Assembly (NCBI GenBank): GCA_000320545.1
Contig: ADNK01002626.1
Span: 1-51,032 of the forward strand
Source of the DNA: Bigelowiella natans CCMP2755
Lineage: Eukaryota > Protista > Cercozoa
DNA: 51,032 nt
Reading direction: 5' to 3'
Below are positions 28,085-41,984 of this stretch, in pieces; positions within the stretch are counted from its first letter, which is position 1, and the number at the start of each line of letters is the position of its first letter. Below the pieces are notes generated by a model. That model did no database searches, had not been told where the DNA came from, and worked only from the letters and a program-made list of their open reading frames with translations. The translations under genes and the position numbers were made by a program.

Positions 28085-30034
28085 TTCTCCATCTCTCAAT
28101 ATGTGATAATTATGGGTGTTTTGTGTCGGCGCTGTTCTCTCTCAGGTGTGCTTTTTCCTATGCCTGGATTCAGGGATATACCTCTTCGCGTACGATCTGC
28201 AAAGAGCTGTTAAAATGCTCTGCTTAGCACGCACCCGCAAAGGGAGGCGCACAGTGACTCATTCATTCGATTGTATTCCTCCCCCCAATGATGATGGCGA
28301 TAGGTACTATGACACAGGGAATCGTCGCCGCTGCTTCTGGACGGTCGTGGTGTACAATCACATGACGTCAATCCGTGGCCTGGAGCTGGTGTTCTCCTTC
28401 GGGTCCTCTCCCCAGCCCTGCCTCTTAGACGATAGCTACCCCGACGGACAGGCGGAGGGGGTGGGGGCGGATTCGAATTCCGCCGATAGCGAGTTTAAAC
28501 GAGTGATTCTTCAGCTAAGATATTCGCAGGTTATCCCGCTGGTGATAAATACATAAAGTATATCTGCGCAGGGTGCGCTGATGCTAAGGAGAATGAGAGA
28601 ATAGAGCTTAGATTCGCTGCCTTGGGTTGTGATTTCGTAAAAACTGCCCTCCTCTTTCTTCTGGGTATTGGTAGCATATTGTGCGCAGCATGCTGGTTTG
28701 TGGTGACGAGATGGCACGCACGATGCGGCGTGTGTGCTGATCTGACGAATGAATGAACGTGTTCTCTCCCACGAGCAGTCAGCTGCATATGCATGCTTGT
28801 TGTGGAAGGTTACTGTTCTTCACCTGGGATGTGGAGTTAGAAGATAGGGGAAATACTATTTGTGCAATTTCTGTTGATTCATGTGTTTTACGTCTTCTCC
28901 CCCCCCCTCCTCCTTCCTCCTTTCTCTCTCCCTCTCCCTCCCTCTCTCTCCTTATCTCTCTCTATCTCTCAGTGGTGCTGGAATACTCTTATTTGGTATG
29001 TTCAAATCGTCGTCATGGCCTTCATTGGAATGCTAATCTTCTATCTAGGGTAATAGCAACCGCAAGATGTTTCACAAATGTTCAATGATAATGATGATGA
29101 TGATGATGATGATGATGGTGGTGAGTGGGTAGCCAGTCTATGAATGGAAAGAATTAGATGAGACGCTCGCTGTAGCGCTCTATCTCTCTCTCTCCCCCTC
29201 TCCCTCTCTCTCTCACTTTCTTTCTCTTTCTTTGTAATCGTTCTCGTGATTGGCGGAGTAGATGCGCACTAGCATATGTCGATAAGAGAGAAGTGTCACA
29301 TATAAAGATACTCTAATCAACGAGTCCAAGCTTGGATTTTGGCGTTTTAACCGTGGAATAGGTGTGCATGTTGTTTCTAACTTATCGTTGTACACGCTCA
29401 GGTATTTCATTGCTCCTAATCACCTCCGGAGCTCAACGCTATTGTTGGTTCTAGTGCTGCTGATGGTTGGCGTCATCATCCTTAATCTAGTTGATGAAGT
29501 TGTAGACAACTACTATAGCAAGAAAGTGCAAGCTGTTTATCAAGGTCCAACGATTTTTATTTGTGATGTCGAAGAATCGTCTTGTTACTGGCTTTTATGC
29601 CGTTATTAAAATGTGCAAGGAATGATTAATATAGTAATATAGTATGCTAAACAGCTTTTGGTGGATATGTAAGTCTGCATGTGTGTATGTGTGTGTGTGT
29701 GTGTGTGTGTGTATGCGAGTGTGTGAGAGTCTGCGGCAGTTACAGAAACAGAGAGAGTGGGTGGAAGAGAAAAGAGTAGATGGGAATGGGGGAGAAGGAA
29801 ACCCAGCGCGCTCATTCTGATTTCATCCGAAGGCTTCGAACGAAGAACTCACAAATCCAGGAAGAAAGATCTCGCGTATCTTAAGGTGCGGTGCTGAAAC
29901 GCTGATAACACAGCACATGTTGCCTTCGCTAATGGCAATGATTGGTGTAGTTTTCTTTGGGTTTTTGTGTGTGCAAGACAGATTGTCTTTTGCCCTCGCA
30001 TTTTGTTCACTTTTCCTCTATCCTCTATTTCTCT

Positions 30035-30082
<48 letters not shown>

Positions 30083-30089
30083 TATATGT

Positions 30090-30130
<41 letters not shown>

Positions 30131-30262
30131 AAAGGATAATTTATGTTGTATTACTCAGCATTCTCCTAGAACTATACGTGATAACCTAAAAGCTTTGAAG
30201 GCCTTACAAGACGCATTGAGTCGGCGTATCGCGAAATGGGAAGGTATATGCGATGGCGATAA
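23147..30262 (+). CDS. LtrA (low temperature requirement A)-family multi-pass membrane protein with rearranged module order, about 20 exons
   Basis: Exons 23147-23190, 23309-23430, 23594-23646, 23929-24030, 24152-24199, 24434-24546 and 24848- give MATSAKQPLV...HYLERVGLFIVLVLGESI...YFD...DHAINRS...HTPIVFGVALFGSGLEL...RWFLCLSLG. Downstream exons (26008-26055, 26407-) give RKATWTELFYDLVYV, LWVFWKTTNEYATLFMNDDLYHKLL, LRLIMLFAYAR and further TM exons to about 29525. The 3' end is approximate. Confidence 0.8.
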
Positions 30263-30372
30263 GAAGAGTGCGTGAGAAGTCGTTCACAGAACGGCATTGA
30301 TTACATCGCAGTGCAATCAAACGCACCTGAGCGTATTACAATTATACAAGTTTAAACAGCGTAATACAATAT

Positions 30373-30417
<45 letters not shown>

Positions 30418-31559
30418 AGAGAGAGAGAGTCTATTATTACGCTATATGCACTAGTAGTCCATTGTGTTATATGTATATGTGTCAAGATTTACTTTTGCAC
30501 CGATATGCACGTGACAAGTTAACATGTAACAGCGACGGATGGCCAACTTCTGGTTTGTGATAGCTGTCGTTGAGCAACTGCATCATCTTTTTTAGATTTA
30601 CGTCTGTTGCCTCACAAGCGCTGGCAGCTGCAGAAACATGTTTTTAGATGCAAATTATGCGAAGCTAAAATCTAGAAATGACTGCGAAAATCGACTCACC
30701 TTTGTATGCGCACACGTTGTGCAGATGCATGATTGCAACATTTGCGTGATCTGCCAGCCACCATGCAAACTCTCTCCAAGAACGCGACCAATTTGCTTAA
30801 AGCACGTCGCACGCATTCGGTATTTCAATGCAAGCTAGCAAGCAATAATGATAGCTGCGCAGATTTTCATCGAAAACACTGCAAAAAAATCGTTACGGTT
30901 GCTAACTCTCTGTCTCATTATACATCATTTCCACCACTCGGTTATTTGTCTAAAATAAATTAAACAGTGGCAAAGTCAACGAATGCTGCCTCTCCACCAA
31001 TAGTTACCAGTCGGAAGAACAGACACCACACGTTTTCAAGCAAAAAACCGAGTACGGAGTCGTCACATTTGTTGTCGGATTGTTCCCATCTTGAACGTTT
31101 TGATTGGAAGCTGACACTACTGCCACTCGCTGTCGTATAGTGCGATATCTCAAGAGGACTATACATTGCAAGCATTGATAGGAACGTAACGACGGACACA
31201 TTAAATACAATTTATGTGTACATACACGTGCGCGCCAACATATTTATGCAGTGTAGTTATGTAGCTTGCATATACACCTGATTTGCAGCACATTTAGCCT
31301 TTTGACAACTGCCGTCATTCGAGGGAGCATTTGTCCGCGTGAATGGCAGTATTCCTTAAAAAAAGCACAAGAGAAAGAATACCGACAGTCAAACAACGAC
31401 TCACCCCCATAGCAGCAGACATCGAAGATCTTGAGTGTCAAGTCAAGTTTGGTTTCAGAAATCTACCATACGGCTCCTTGATAAGATCCCTGTCACACAG
31501 CACATGATAAAGTCAGGAAGGCAATGACACGACTGCACGCGTGAATCTTAACAATTCAA

Positions 31560-32302
31560 CCTACAAACATGCGGCTTTTCTCTCTTCGCCCCAAACGCCT
31601 TGAGTATATGCAGCAGCCTCTCCATTGCATCTCCGGGGTAGTCGATATTCGAGTAGTGCAGCTTATGCTAACGAGCAAAGATTAACACAAGGACCTTCAT
31701 GTAGGAGGATTCCAAATCGTTGTTGGTATAGGAAGTGCAGTGCGAGCAATACAGCATTCAGGGCGAGCAATGTTGGTACAGGAAGTACAGTGCGAGCAAT
31801 ACAGCATTCAGGGCGAGCAATAGTTGACTTATTGTTGAAATACATAATTGTTTGAGATCGATTTCTGCATTTCCCTCACGCGCTCAGCCGAGATCGAAGC
31901 TGACAATACCGAATAATCAGGACTCGATGCAAACATGCAAAGGACCAACAACTGAAGCAAACGGATTCAGTGATTCTATATATTGTGGTTGAAAAAGGGT
32001 GATGGTTGGAAATATATCACTGCAAAAAAGTCTCTCTCTGCCCTCACTTAATGTTTCATAGAGAGAGATCTTCCCATCGACCAAATCGTAACCTGTACAA
32101 TCACAAAATTAAAGCATATTTTAACCGAAAATACGGCTCACGACATTAAAGAACAGAGCAAACACACTATGCTGTGGTGTAATGATAGCCGCACCATTGA
32201 TCATAATCGCCATATCCTTCTTCATACTCATTGACCACAACGTGGCCCAGTACTTTTGCTGCGATGTATGATATACAAATATGAATAAATAATAACAATA
32301 AT

Positions 32303-32346
<44 letters not shown>

Positions 32347-33205
32347 GAGTGGCGAGAGATATCACGTAAACTGTGATGCCGACGCGACGTCTTGTTCTAG
32401 TCGACTCACACTCGGGTTTAAGGCCATAATAAATAACGCCCTTTAGAAAGACTGCTATGCGTGTGCGTGTTATCATTATCATTACCCATACGTCATCATT
32501 AGGCATGAAGATAACCGGTATGCATCTGAAACAAACAAGCACACGCTCTATCATCACTCCTACGATGTGCTCTCCGCATACTATAGATGCAGCATTGTTG
32601 TGATATCAACCCCCAACAAGCCATTAACAACAACATCACTGAGATCCATAGCCGACAAAACATTTAGAACGAAACCAGCAGTTTTGCACCGCCACCGCCG
32701 CTTGGCTGTCACTAATGATGAGCTAAGTTGGTATCATCTGCAGCACCCTAGGCTGAGAGAGTCTACCACAGACTTACGCACAAAGCCGAATCTACACAAA
32801 CCAACACCAAAAACATCCAATATATAAATAATATATATATATATATATATATATATCAATATATATATTTATATATATAATATTTATACTCTCTCTCGTG
32901 GTACAGAGCAGCAAGCCATCAGTATGTGTGCAACTGGCAAGGCTGCGCTCGCTCATTGTTCCTTACTCGCTTCATCGAGTACGGGTCAGCGACTTGGCAT
33001 CTGGCTTGCATGCACGCATTAGGGATAATGGATGCTGTGTGTGTGTGTGTGTGCACGCACCCCGGTGGCTCGAGACAGAATACAGAACGTCGTTTGGCGT
33101 CCAAAGCAGCTTCCATTTTGGAGAATCTGCGCAAGTTACCGGTAGCATCAATGAGGTTTTAACGACACACTATAAAAATGGGGAAGTGGAATGCTATTTG
33201 GACAT

Positions 33206-33242
<37 letters not shown>

Positions 33243-33930
33243 GTATTATCATATATATTCGATATTCAGAAAGGCGGCGAGAGGATAAAGAAAAACAGAA
33301 AAATAGAGAGAGAGAGAAAAAAATAGAGAGAGAGGAAAAAAGAGAGAGAGAAAGAGAGGAAGAGAGGGGCGGGGGTGGGGGGGGGGGGAAGAGGGCGAGA
33401 GAGAAAGTCATTGCAATATAAGTATGCACTATTGCACGTGTGTTATACGGCATGATCGCTATCGCCAAGATACCCCTTATCCGTCACCATAGATAGGCAT
33501 TTGGGCTCTCCCAAACGTGCGCACTCCTTCCGCAAGAACTTCCTACCCGTGCAGGATCCCACATCGATAAACAAGTGCGAAACCGCAACACACACGCGCA
33601 CAATGGGATGCGGCGTGATGAGGAGGAGTGCCATGGGAGGTTGAAGCTGCAATTTTTGTTTTTCCAACACGCGCAAATGCTACCTTAAGACAACGGCCTG
33701 TTCCATCCCATTGACCGATCCACCAAATGACATGCTGCAAACCATATATATATATATATATATTTATATATCAATAAATATAACATACTGCGCTCGTGTC
33801 TGATCTCATTAGCGTTGGCCATCATTGTTACATTAATAATGGAACTTACAGGTATTTTCTCTGCATTGCACGTTCCTTTGTCCATATCCAAGGACGATGC
33901 TAATCAAGGGCATGCATATATCAATATTAC

Positions 33931-33961
<31 letters not shown>

Positions 33962-34246
33962 ATATCAAAACTACCAGCTTGGTTTACCACCCAGCAACAT
34001 CGATTGCATCGAGAATCAATCGATAAAAACCCGCATACTCTATCTGCGCGTGCAATGCGAGAAGGATACATGCACATGCGTTGTTGGTGATTACGGCTGT
34101 AGAATGAATATCCGAGGCAGATATGGTCCTGACCGAGCTGACGCCATAAATTGCATTATATGTACATTATGAACACAGCCCGTCATCGGCATATTCTCAA
34201 AGCGTTATTGCAGATAGCGAGAGGGAGGGGGGGGGGAAGAGAGATC

Positions 34247-34296
<50 letters not shown>

Positions 34297-34777
34297 AACA
34301 TATTGTGTATAATTGAGTGTTTTCTTGCAAAGACAATGATTTTTTAACTCTTTTCCCGGAAGAGAAAATACGCTATTAGCACGCTAACACCTTGGATATG
34401 GGAATGAAATATACCTATAACACGAATTAAAGAAGTAAATGACTCTACCCTTTAAATACTAAATGCTCTGGAAAACCTCCACATTTGTTACTGTAACTAC
34501 ACAACGAAGTCGCATCGATAAGACACACTGCGAGGAGATTACTTGACAGGCCCGATCACGCTGACGCTTCGCATACGCTGAGAAAGATCTAAGAATTGTC
34601 AAATCTTCGTTTTAAGACGGGAAAAATTCAATAAAATACTTCCCCGCGTCCATTTCTCTCCCAATTCCGGAGCGTCGAGAGCCTCAATCTTCACCACGCA
34701 TGCACAAATCGAATGTACAGAGGCTTTTCAAATGCCGTTTGGTCATTTCGGCTTGCGTAATAGCAGACAAAGCTAGG

Positions 34778-34824
<47 letters not shown>

Positions 34825-35146
34825 CCCACCTCCGGCCCAGTACGTGGATTCATGAAACTCACTAGTTCCCCATAAAAACTAAGAATCAAACCCAAAACAG
34901 ACATTCTCATCATAACCACGACGCATATGCTAGGAATGGGTGATGATAGCGAAATGGGAGAGATGACGACTGGACTTCTGGCAAATCGATGATGCTTCCT
35001 CAATATTACCTTTAGCAATGGACGTGTGTTCTTCCTCGCACCGATCTCGAGGATGAAGTTCTCTCTATCCCGACGGTTTTGCTCTAGGAAGCTATATTCC
35101 AGTAAAAGAGTTTGAGAGCCATATATTAATGATGGTGTGGTGATAC

Positions 35147-35221
<75 letters not shown>

Positions 35222-35433
35222 CTGCACACATGCATATACGCACCCGAGGAGGCCAAACATCCTGAAACACCAACAAAGAAAACAATAAAAAGAAGAACAA
35301 GTAGCATATTACATTTGTGTTAAAAAAAACATCATCATTATCGCCAACTTCACTCTCTGATTGATTTCCCTCTTCCACTACTACCGAACGACATGCATGC
35401 GTGCATGCATGCTGCTGTTAAGCGGACTGGGGT

Positions 35434-35468
<35 letters not shown>

Positions 35469-35590
35469 CGGGCTGAGAATGATATGCTTTGTAGCTGTTT
35501 CTTTTGACAGGTACTTCAACTCGCTGGCTGATGAGAGAAAACTGGGTTATAATAGACACGAGCAATAACGAGCTTCTTCGCTTATACCCA

Positions 35591-35648
<58 letters not shown>

Positions 35649-36137
35649 CAAATATATATAAGCACATATGCATAAATTAACATGTATTGTCTCCCCAAAC
35701 ATCGTATCGCTACTTGCATATACTTCTCTCTCCATTCAATGCATACATGGCCTTCTGCAAATTAGGCTCTCACCCCAGTCTATTCGCAAGATACGTTCTT
35801 CCAATTCGTCGATCTTCAACGGAAAAAGGTGGAGATAACACAGAGCAGAGCATTTGTGAGATGAATAGCAATTGGGGCGCAGTGTCGGGGCAACTTGCAG
35901 GCACGTACGACAGCTTAGATCAATTCAAATCGATATAGATCAGAGTATAACTCTAGATAATAACAAATATGTTATTTATGTAAAAGAAGCTGATGAGTAA
36001 TTATTGATAATCATATACGAGGCATACCTCCAATCGCTGCTCATCAGGGGCAAATTCGTATACATGATCTTTCTCTCGCTCCTACCGACCAAAAATTAAA
36101 AAACAGATAGAGTTTTATATTGCCGTAAATTTATATC

Positions 36138-36188
<51 letters not shown>

Positions 36189-37423
36189 TGATACAAACGT
36201 TAATCAAAATCGCGGTTCAATTTTTAAGAAGTGAATGAATAACAAAGAATGATGCGATTCAGTTACTGACCGAAACTTGTTGTGACATGTCCTTAGAGAA
36301 CATCGGCACCACGTATATATCTGCTGTTTCAGGATCTGGGTATTTATGGAAATGGATTACAAAGAAAAGCAATTTATATATATATATATATATATATTGA
36401 TATATATCAATATAAAATATACGATTACGTTTGGAGATTACTACATGCTCATGCTCTAATGACCTCCATTTGTGGGAATAATCACCAAAAATAAAAACTG
36501 AAGAGAAAATGAATTTGACGGAACTCTACTACACTCTCAATGATATAACGCCTAAGATGCTCGCTTTTGCTTTATGTGCTGTATCAATTAATATAGTATG
36601 CGGCTATAGTTCGACTATATCGTTTCACTTCAAAGAGAATAAAGGCTTTTCAAATAATCGTTTGTGTAATGTGCCGGTGTTGCTTTACCTAATGCTCTAC
36701 AACGATTTGAGCGTGAAACACGGTCTAAAATCATTGAGCCGAGGTTGTGCTTATAGGTGATATACAGTCATCGTTCAAGATATCAGGAAAGGACGCGCAC
36801 ACGTATGAAGCAGTGTTAGATCTCCTATTCATCTAGAGCTGAAACAATAGGTATAACAAGCGTCATTTCGCAACGACGATACCTGCTGCAAATCGGTAAG
36901 GCGACTACTCGAAGTGCCTGTAAGTGTTAGGAAATATATAGTTCACCAGAGTCGAGTGTATGCTTACAGATTCGTGCACATGACACGGCTAACTGATAAA
37001 TGCAAATTATCACACAAGCGCGCGCAATCGCAAATTTGACGGGCTGAAGTGAGCTGGTGTGTAAATTAGTAAAAGAAACCTTTTATTGTGTCTTTGAGGG
37101 GATATCCCCATATCTGTGCAGTATAAAATGTGAAATGCAAATGTGAAATGCAATATTATAAAAGCACTAGATTCGAACGATAATTCCTGTTTACCACCAC
37201 AAATGCGTAAAGAATATATGGTTAATGAAGAACTGTATTTATCTTAGAAATGCAGGCTGCGTTGTATGCGACCGTTTCAGCTTCCATAGATCTGAAGGGA
37301 AAGGAGATAAAGAACAACTGTGTATTAATCACCGGACATACGCGTGTGATTGTCATTCAATATCTTGATGGGAAGACAGAATTTTGTTGGTGTCAGTGAT
37401 GCCTTGTTTTATTATTTAACAAC

Positions 37424-37461
<38 letters not shown>

Positions 37462-37538
37462 GACTATGTGTTTTTAAAATTGTTAATATATATTTTGCAT
37501 TTTATGGTGTTTTTGAGAGATTCTAATACGAACGTAAT

Positions 37539-37571
<33 letters not shown>

Positions 37572-38121
37572 ATAAGATAAGATTGTGTTTCTACATTGTA
37601 CTGCTATAGAAATAACTGTATTGTTATCGATCATCTAACCGTCGAGCTCCAGACACGTGAGGGACGTCATAAATGTAGACCTCATCGCAGAACAAACGAG
37701 CAATTTTACCACATATACATCAACATAATGACATGAGACAGTATGCTACTTGTGTCTATATATGTACTGTATACATGTCCACGCTCTGCAAAATTTCCAT
37801 GTCATACTTACAACACACGAAATCATATTTAGCGTTTATCAGTGAATGAGCGCCGTTGTTCTACTACCTTAGGGCAGTTTCTGAGGGATATCCTCCCCAA
37901 GGAAGAGCTGGGTGATGGGTTTTTATGATGCAATGTAGAGATTCCTGCCTTTGAATGGCTTTCAGTAGCATTTTTAGTTATCTTGGAGTAACGGTTGCTA
38001 TCCGCATAGCTCACACTATTGGCGTTGTCCAAGCTCTGCCAAAGCTGAATACATGTGTGTATGTGTGTGTGTGTGTGTGTGTGTTTGCGTAGCGAAGGTG
38101 ACATTATCATCATCATCACCG

Positions 38122-38179
<58 letters not shown>

Positions 38180-38395
38180 ATTGTTTGTAGCTTCCTATCA
38201 CTCGGCACTAATCTAAGCATGAAACAACGCACCGCCTACCTGGTACGACAGGGAGAAGAAACCAAAGACTGCCAGCAAATTTACAAATAGATTTTTCGAT
38301 AGGGTCGGGTGAATGGTTCTTATGGCACAGCGCCAGCAAGCTCTACTTTCCTGATATGTTCGGTTTGAGAGGAAGCAGTTCATCAGGTTCCACAT
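31560..38395 (-). CDS. Glycosyltransferase family 47 (exostosin-like), type II membrane protein, many exons; may extend to about 30520
   Basis: N-terminal TM (LFVNLLAVFGFFSLSYQ), then in order PK|VYIYDVP (~37680), DPETADIYVVP (~36330), SFGGSV...LR, RSVFCLEPPG (~33080), RKSVVDSLSLG|CIPVIF (32770/32520), ISAERVREMQ, YPGDAMERLL: the canonical GT47 motif series. Confidence 0.9.
31721..31820. repeat. 50-bp tandem duplication (2 copies, 2 mismatches), in a GT47 intron
   Basis: tgttggta(t/c)aggaagt(g/a)cagtgcgagcaatacagcattcagggcgagcaa at 31721 and 31771. Confidence 0.95.
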
Positions 38396-40179
38396 AAGTT
38401 ACCCCGTCTTAATCTATCGTTGTCTTCATTTCATCCTCATCACCAACGGGAGCTTAAATCTCCCAAACTAATATATCGTCACTTATCCACGTCATGGACT
38501 CTCCCCCCAAAGCCATGTCCTGTCAGGCTATACCTGTACCTACCTCGTGGCCATTGTCCGACCCCATGGGGTCATAGGTTTGGGCTGATTTATTTCGATG
38601 TGCTCCTAAGGATCACACAAAATTTAGTTTCTTCATCAAATTTTTAGATACGACAATATGTTTTGATCAAATTACAATTCTAATGGCATGCGATATTGAT
38701 GTCAGGAGAATGACAGGTGTATCCGCAGTCGTTCACTCTGGTTTTACCTCGAATTTGAACCAGAACTAGCAGGACGAGAAAAGCTGGTTGTAGAAACGGG
38801 GAGGTTTGATGCTGATAGCATCCTTTTTTGAAGGTACTTTCATTGATCTATGGTGAAATCGACTTAAGAAAGACAGATATTTCTCTTGGACGAATTGCTA
38901 CTTAGAATTGTAAGCAAGTGGGAAGAGAAAATTGTTGTCGCTAATCTAAAAAGTATTGGAATGAAGCTAAATAAATAATTCAGCTTTACTTCTTATTAAT
39001 TGGTTTTTAATATGTCCTTTTTTTACTTAAATGCCATTATATTCAACATTATGAACTTGAAATGCGAAGAAAAGAACGCGTATCGATATTGCTGTTGAAC
39101 AATACTATATCTAACTTATTCAGCTATAACGGAGGATTTTTGTCGAGAAAATCTCCCGCTCAAGAGCGATATAAGATCCTAGTCGACCACATGAGAAACA
39201 CCTTGACTTAAAATAACATTTATGAGAAGCACATACTTATGAAAATTACCTATATTTTTTTCCAGAAAAAAGTAAATGCACAAGGTATAAGTGAAATTGG
39301 GGAATTCGAAATCTTTCACAAAAAGGCTGGAATTCAAACCAAGCACTTCCAGAAGGGGATCTCGATGAGAAAGGAGTCGAATCTCGGAGTAATAATCACA
39401 TTGCCAATAAAATGTGCTTTTTCTCGCAAAATATGTACACATATTGAACTTTTTAGGAATCTATGATGGACTTCTGGAAGCAATTTATGTCTGATACTTT
39501 TCCCGCGCTAAGGTCCCTATGCATGTATCACAGCAAAAATCCGAAATTTGTTTTTAATAATACGACAATATAATAATGTTGTCGCTCTGAATATATATGG
39601 TACTTTTTTAATATTTATTTTTCCGGCGAGCCCGATGAAAAGAAGGATATCGTTTTTGTCCTTTTTGAACTTTTTTTACATTTTTGAGGTTGTCGTAGTT
39701 TCTATTAGTATATTAATTAATGTTCCATTCAGGAACTGTTCCTAATATAAGGTCTTAAATCTCAAAAGCTCACGGTTAGCGTGTGGGGAGGACTTCGTTG
39801 TAGAAGCAACCATTGTAGAATGGAGCTAGCCTGCCCTTCACCTGCATTAGACAGCAAAAGAGGGGGCCTGTCATTGATTCCACTTATAGTAGCACCCATA
39901 ACTTTTGCGTAGTACAAAGATTGACGTCTATGCTTAACAGGTTCCCTATCTATTCGTCGCTTCCTACCGAGTGAGCTGGGAGCGCCTGTAACAATGCTCA
40001 TCAGCTAAGCATTTCCAATTTGATACTGTTAAAGTTCTCAATTTATTTAAGGTGATCTTTGGCAATAGTAATCACGTATTTTTTAAAACTTTGAAAGTCT
40101 TCATGCTTTGATAGAACGGGCCTGACTTTCTATTTGAAAAATTACTATTCAGGCAACGAAAGCTTGACCTTACCATAAC

Positions 40180-41155
40180 ATGGATCCTCACAGAATGGAC
40201 AGGCTGGCGAAGCCATCCTCAGTGAACTCTCCTTTAGCAGCGGCAGGCCATACCGGGGGTGGAAATGGGCCGATTATTCTAGCTAAACCTCTACCGGAGG
40301 CACGATATGTTCGGCAAAACAATGTTACGTTAACTGATTGTGGACTTCCTCCTGCACCCAAACCAGCTCACAGTGCAACACCTATTGTAACGAGAACACG
40401 CTTCCACGAATTCACCGGTAAATGCTATTTCTTCTCGAAAAAACCGACTACTAAACAAAAATGGCATTGCAAGAGAGGCCCGTATTTATTTCCTACTCCC
40501 AATATGCACTACGTCTAATTGGATCAATCTGTTCCTTATTTCTCCACCTAACTTCATAGTCCCGGCTACGATGGCGATGTTACTGGTGCTGATGGCCGGG
40601 GGGATCTTGATCCTTTACTTTTGTGTCCGCGTGTTCTGTCGTAATCGGCGGTATTCTCGAGGGAAGTGGATGACCTCATTTTCCTACACAGACGGGTCCT
40701 TCCTCTCTGGCGGCGCAGATGTTGGTGGTGGCGCTGTCCAGCTGTCTCCGTCGTACATATCTGGCCAGCCCCTTGACATTGAGAGCCTTCTCCAGCTCGA
40801 CAGAGAACGGAACAAGGGCAGTAAAAACTATAGCGCTTATGAAGACCATGCACAGACGACTTCCTACCCCTTTGCGAGTTCAATGCACCACCACACTGCA
40901 TCCGTCCCTGTTTTCACTGCCACAAACGCTACTAGCATTGATGCGACGGCCATAGGAAAGCGTAGATCTAGCATGCCGGAGCTGTTACACAAGATTAGTA
41001 GTGGTGGGTGTGATGATAACACCATTCAAGCTGATGCATCGGGCAACAATCTGTCCCCTCTCAAGTCGGTTCTTTCAGGCTGCGATATTCTTCCGGCGTC
41101 ATTATATGAAATGAGGCCTCTGCCGCGGCCTTGTCGGCCCTGGACGTCGTCATAA
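40180..41155 (+). CDS. Hypothetical single-pass membrane protein (last two exons; further exons probably lie in 38500-40150)
   Basis: ORFs 40180..40518 and 40571..41155 join in frame via intron 40418-40559 (G|gtaaat...ttcatag|TC), giving ...HEFTVPATMAMLLVLMAGGILILYFCVRVFCRNRR (TM plus basic stop-transfer). Confidence 0.6.
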
Positions 41156-41984
41156 AGGGAGAACACCCTTAACCGAGCGCCCAAAATTTTTAGTTTTGTC
41201 TCCCTCTTAGGAGTTTCGAGTTTCATCGCACTGCTATCTTCAAGCTTCAATTTTTTCTTGAATTTACATTGCAAGTCAAACTTGACAAATATCTTAGGGC
41301 CTGCTTTCATTATTACTCTTTACCATTCCGTTGTAGACTGCATTTCTTCCCTTAGAAGATGTATCTTTATTGGGATTAGTTTGCTCGTTGCAATTGATAG
41401 CCTTTTGAAAAGGAAAACTTTAGCTGCTCGAGTACAAAACACCTTCTTTCTCTGATCTCCGACATTCGTAATAAAAGCTGAGATTAACAATTTTTAGTTT
41501 ATTCTCATACTAAAGTCACTCCGTTTATCTGTGGAGAACTTAATGCTTTACCGAAATTCTATGAATTTGTCGTATGTATCTATGCATGTTCCCTTCAACA
41601 TTTGTAAGTATTATATGCCGTCTCAATAAAACCAAATCGATATAAAACACACCTTCCCCAGCCAATATAATAAATAAGTACACCACTTTAGATCTCGCAA
41701 ACATGCGAAAGTTCAGCCTGGTAGGGGAAAGTTATAGAGCTCTTAATGGCTCCGTTTACACTTGTCAAGATTCCTATTTTCCCTCGCTCTTTAGAAAGCC
41801 GTCCAAACATTTGGGTGGGATAAACTTAGCTAGCCTCAGTCCTGCTAGTCCTTGTGTATAATTTAGCTTCGTCGTAGACTCTATTTTAACGTTGAAGAAC
41901 TGTAATATAAATCACGTCGTCCAACCAAAAACATCCCTGTTGCACAAAGTAAAATAAATGTTATGCCCATGTTATTCTCTGCTA

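Larger units (their letters stand above)
106..38180. repeat. Very dense intronic microsatellites: (TA)n, (CA/TG)n, (GA/TC)n, (GAT)n, (TAA)n, (TAG)n, poly-C/G
   Basis: Directly visible in most introns of the ABCG, kinase, LtrA and GT47 genes (e.g. 106-155, 382-415, 23690-23731, 38121-38178); largely absent from 5600-10000 and 38400-51032. Confidence 0.95.

Noticed and set aside
105-38201. Dozens of 60-200 aa ORFs with YIYI, CVCV, THTH, ERER, LSLS runs
   Set aside because: Translations of intronic microsatellites, not proteins.
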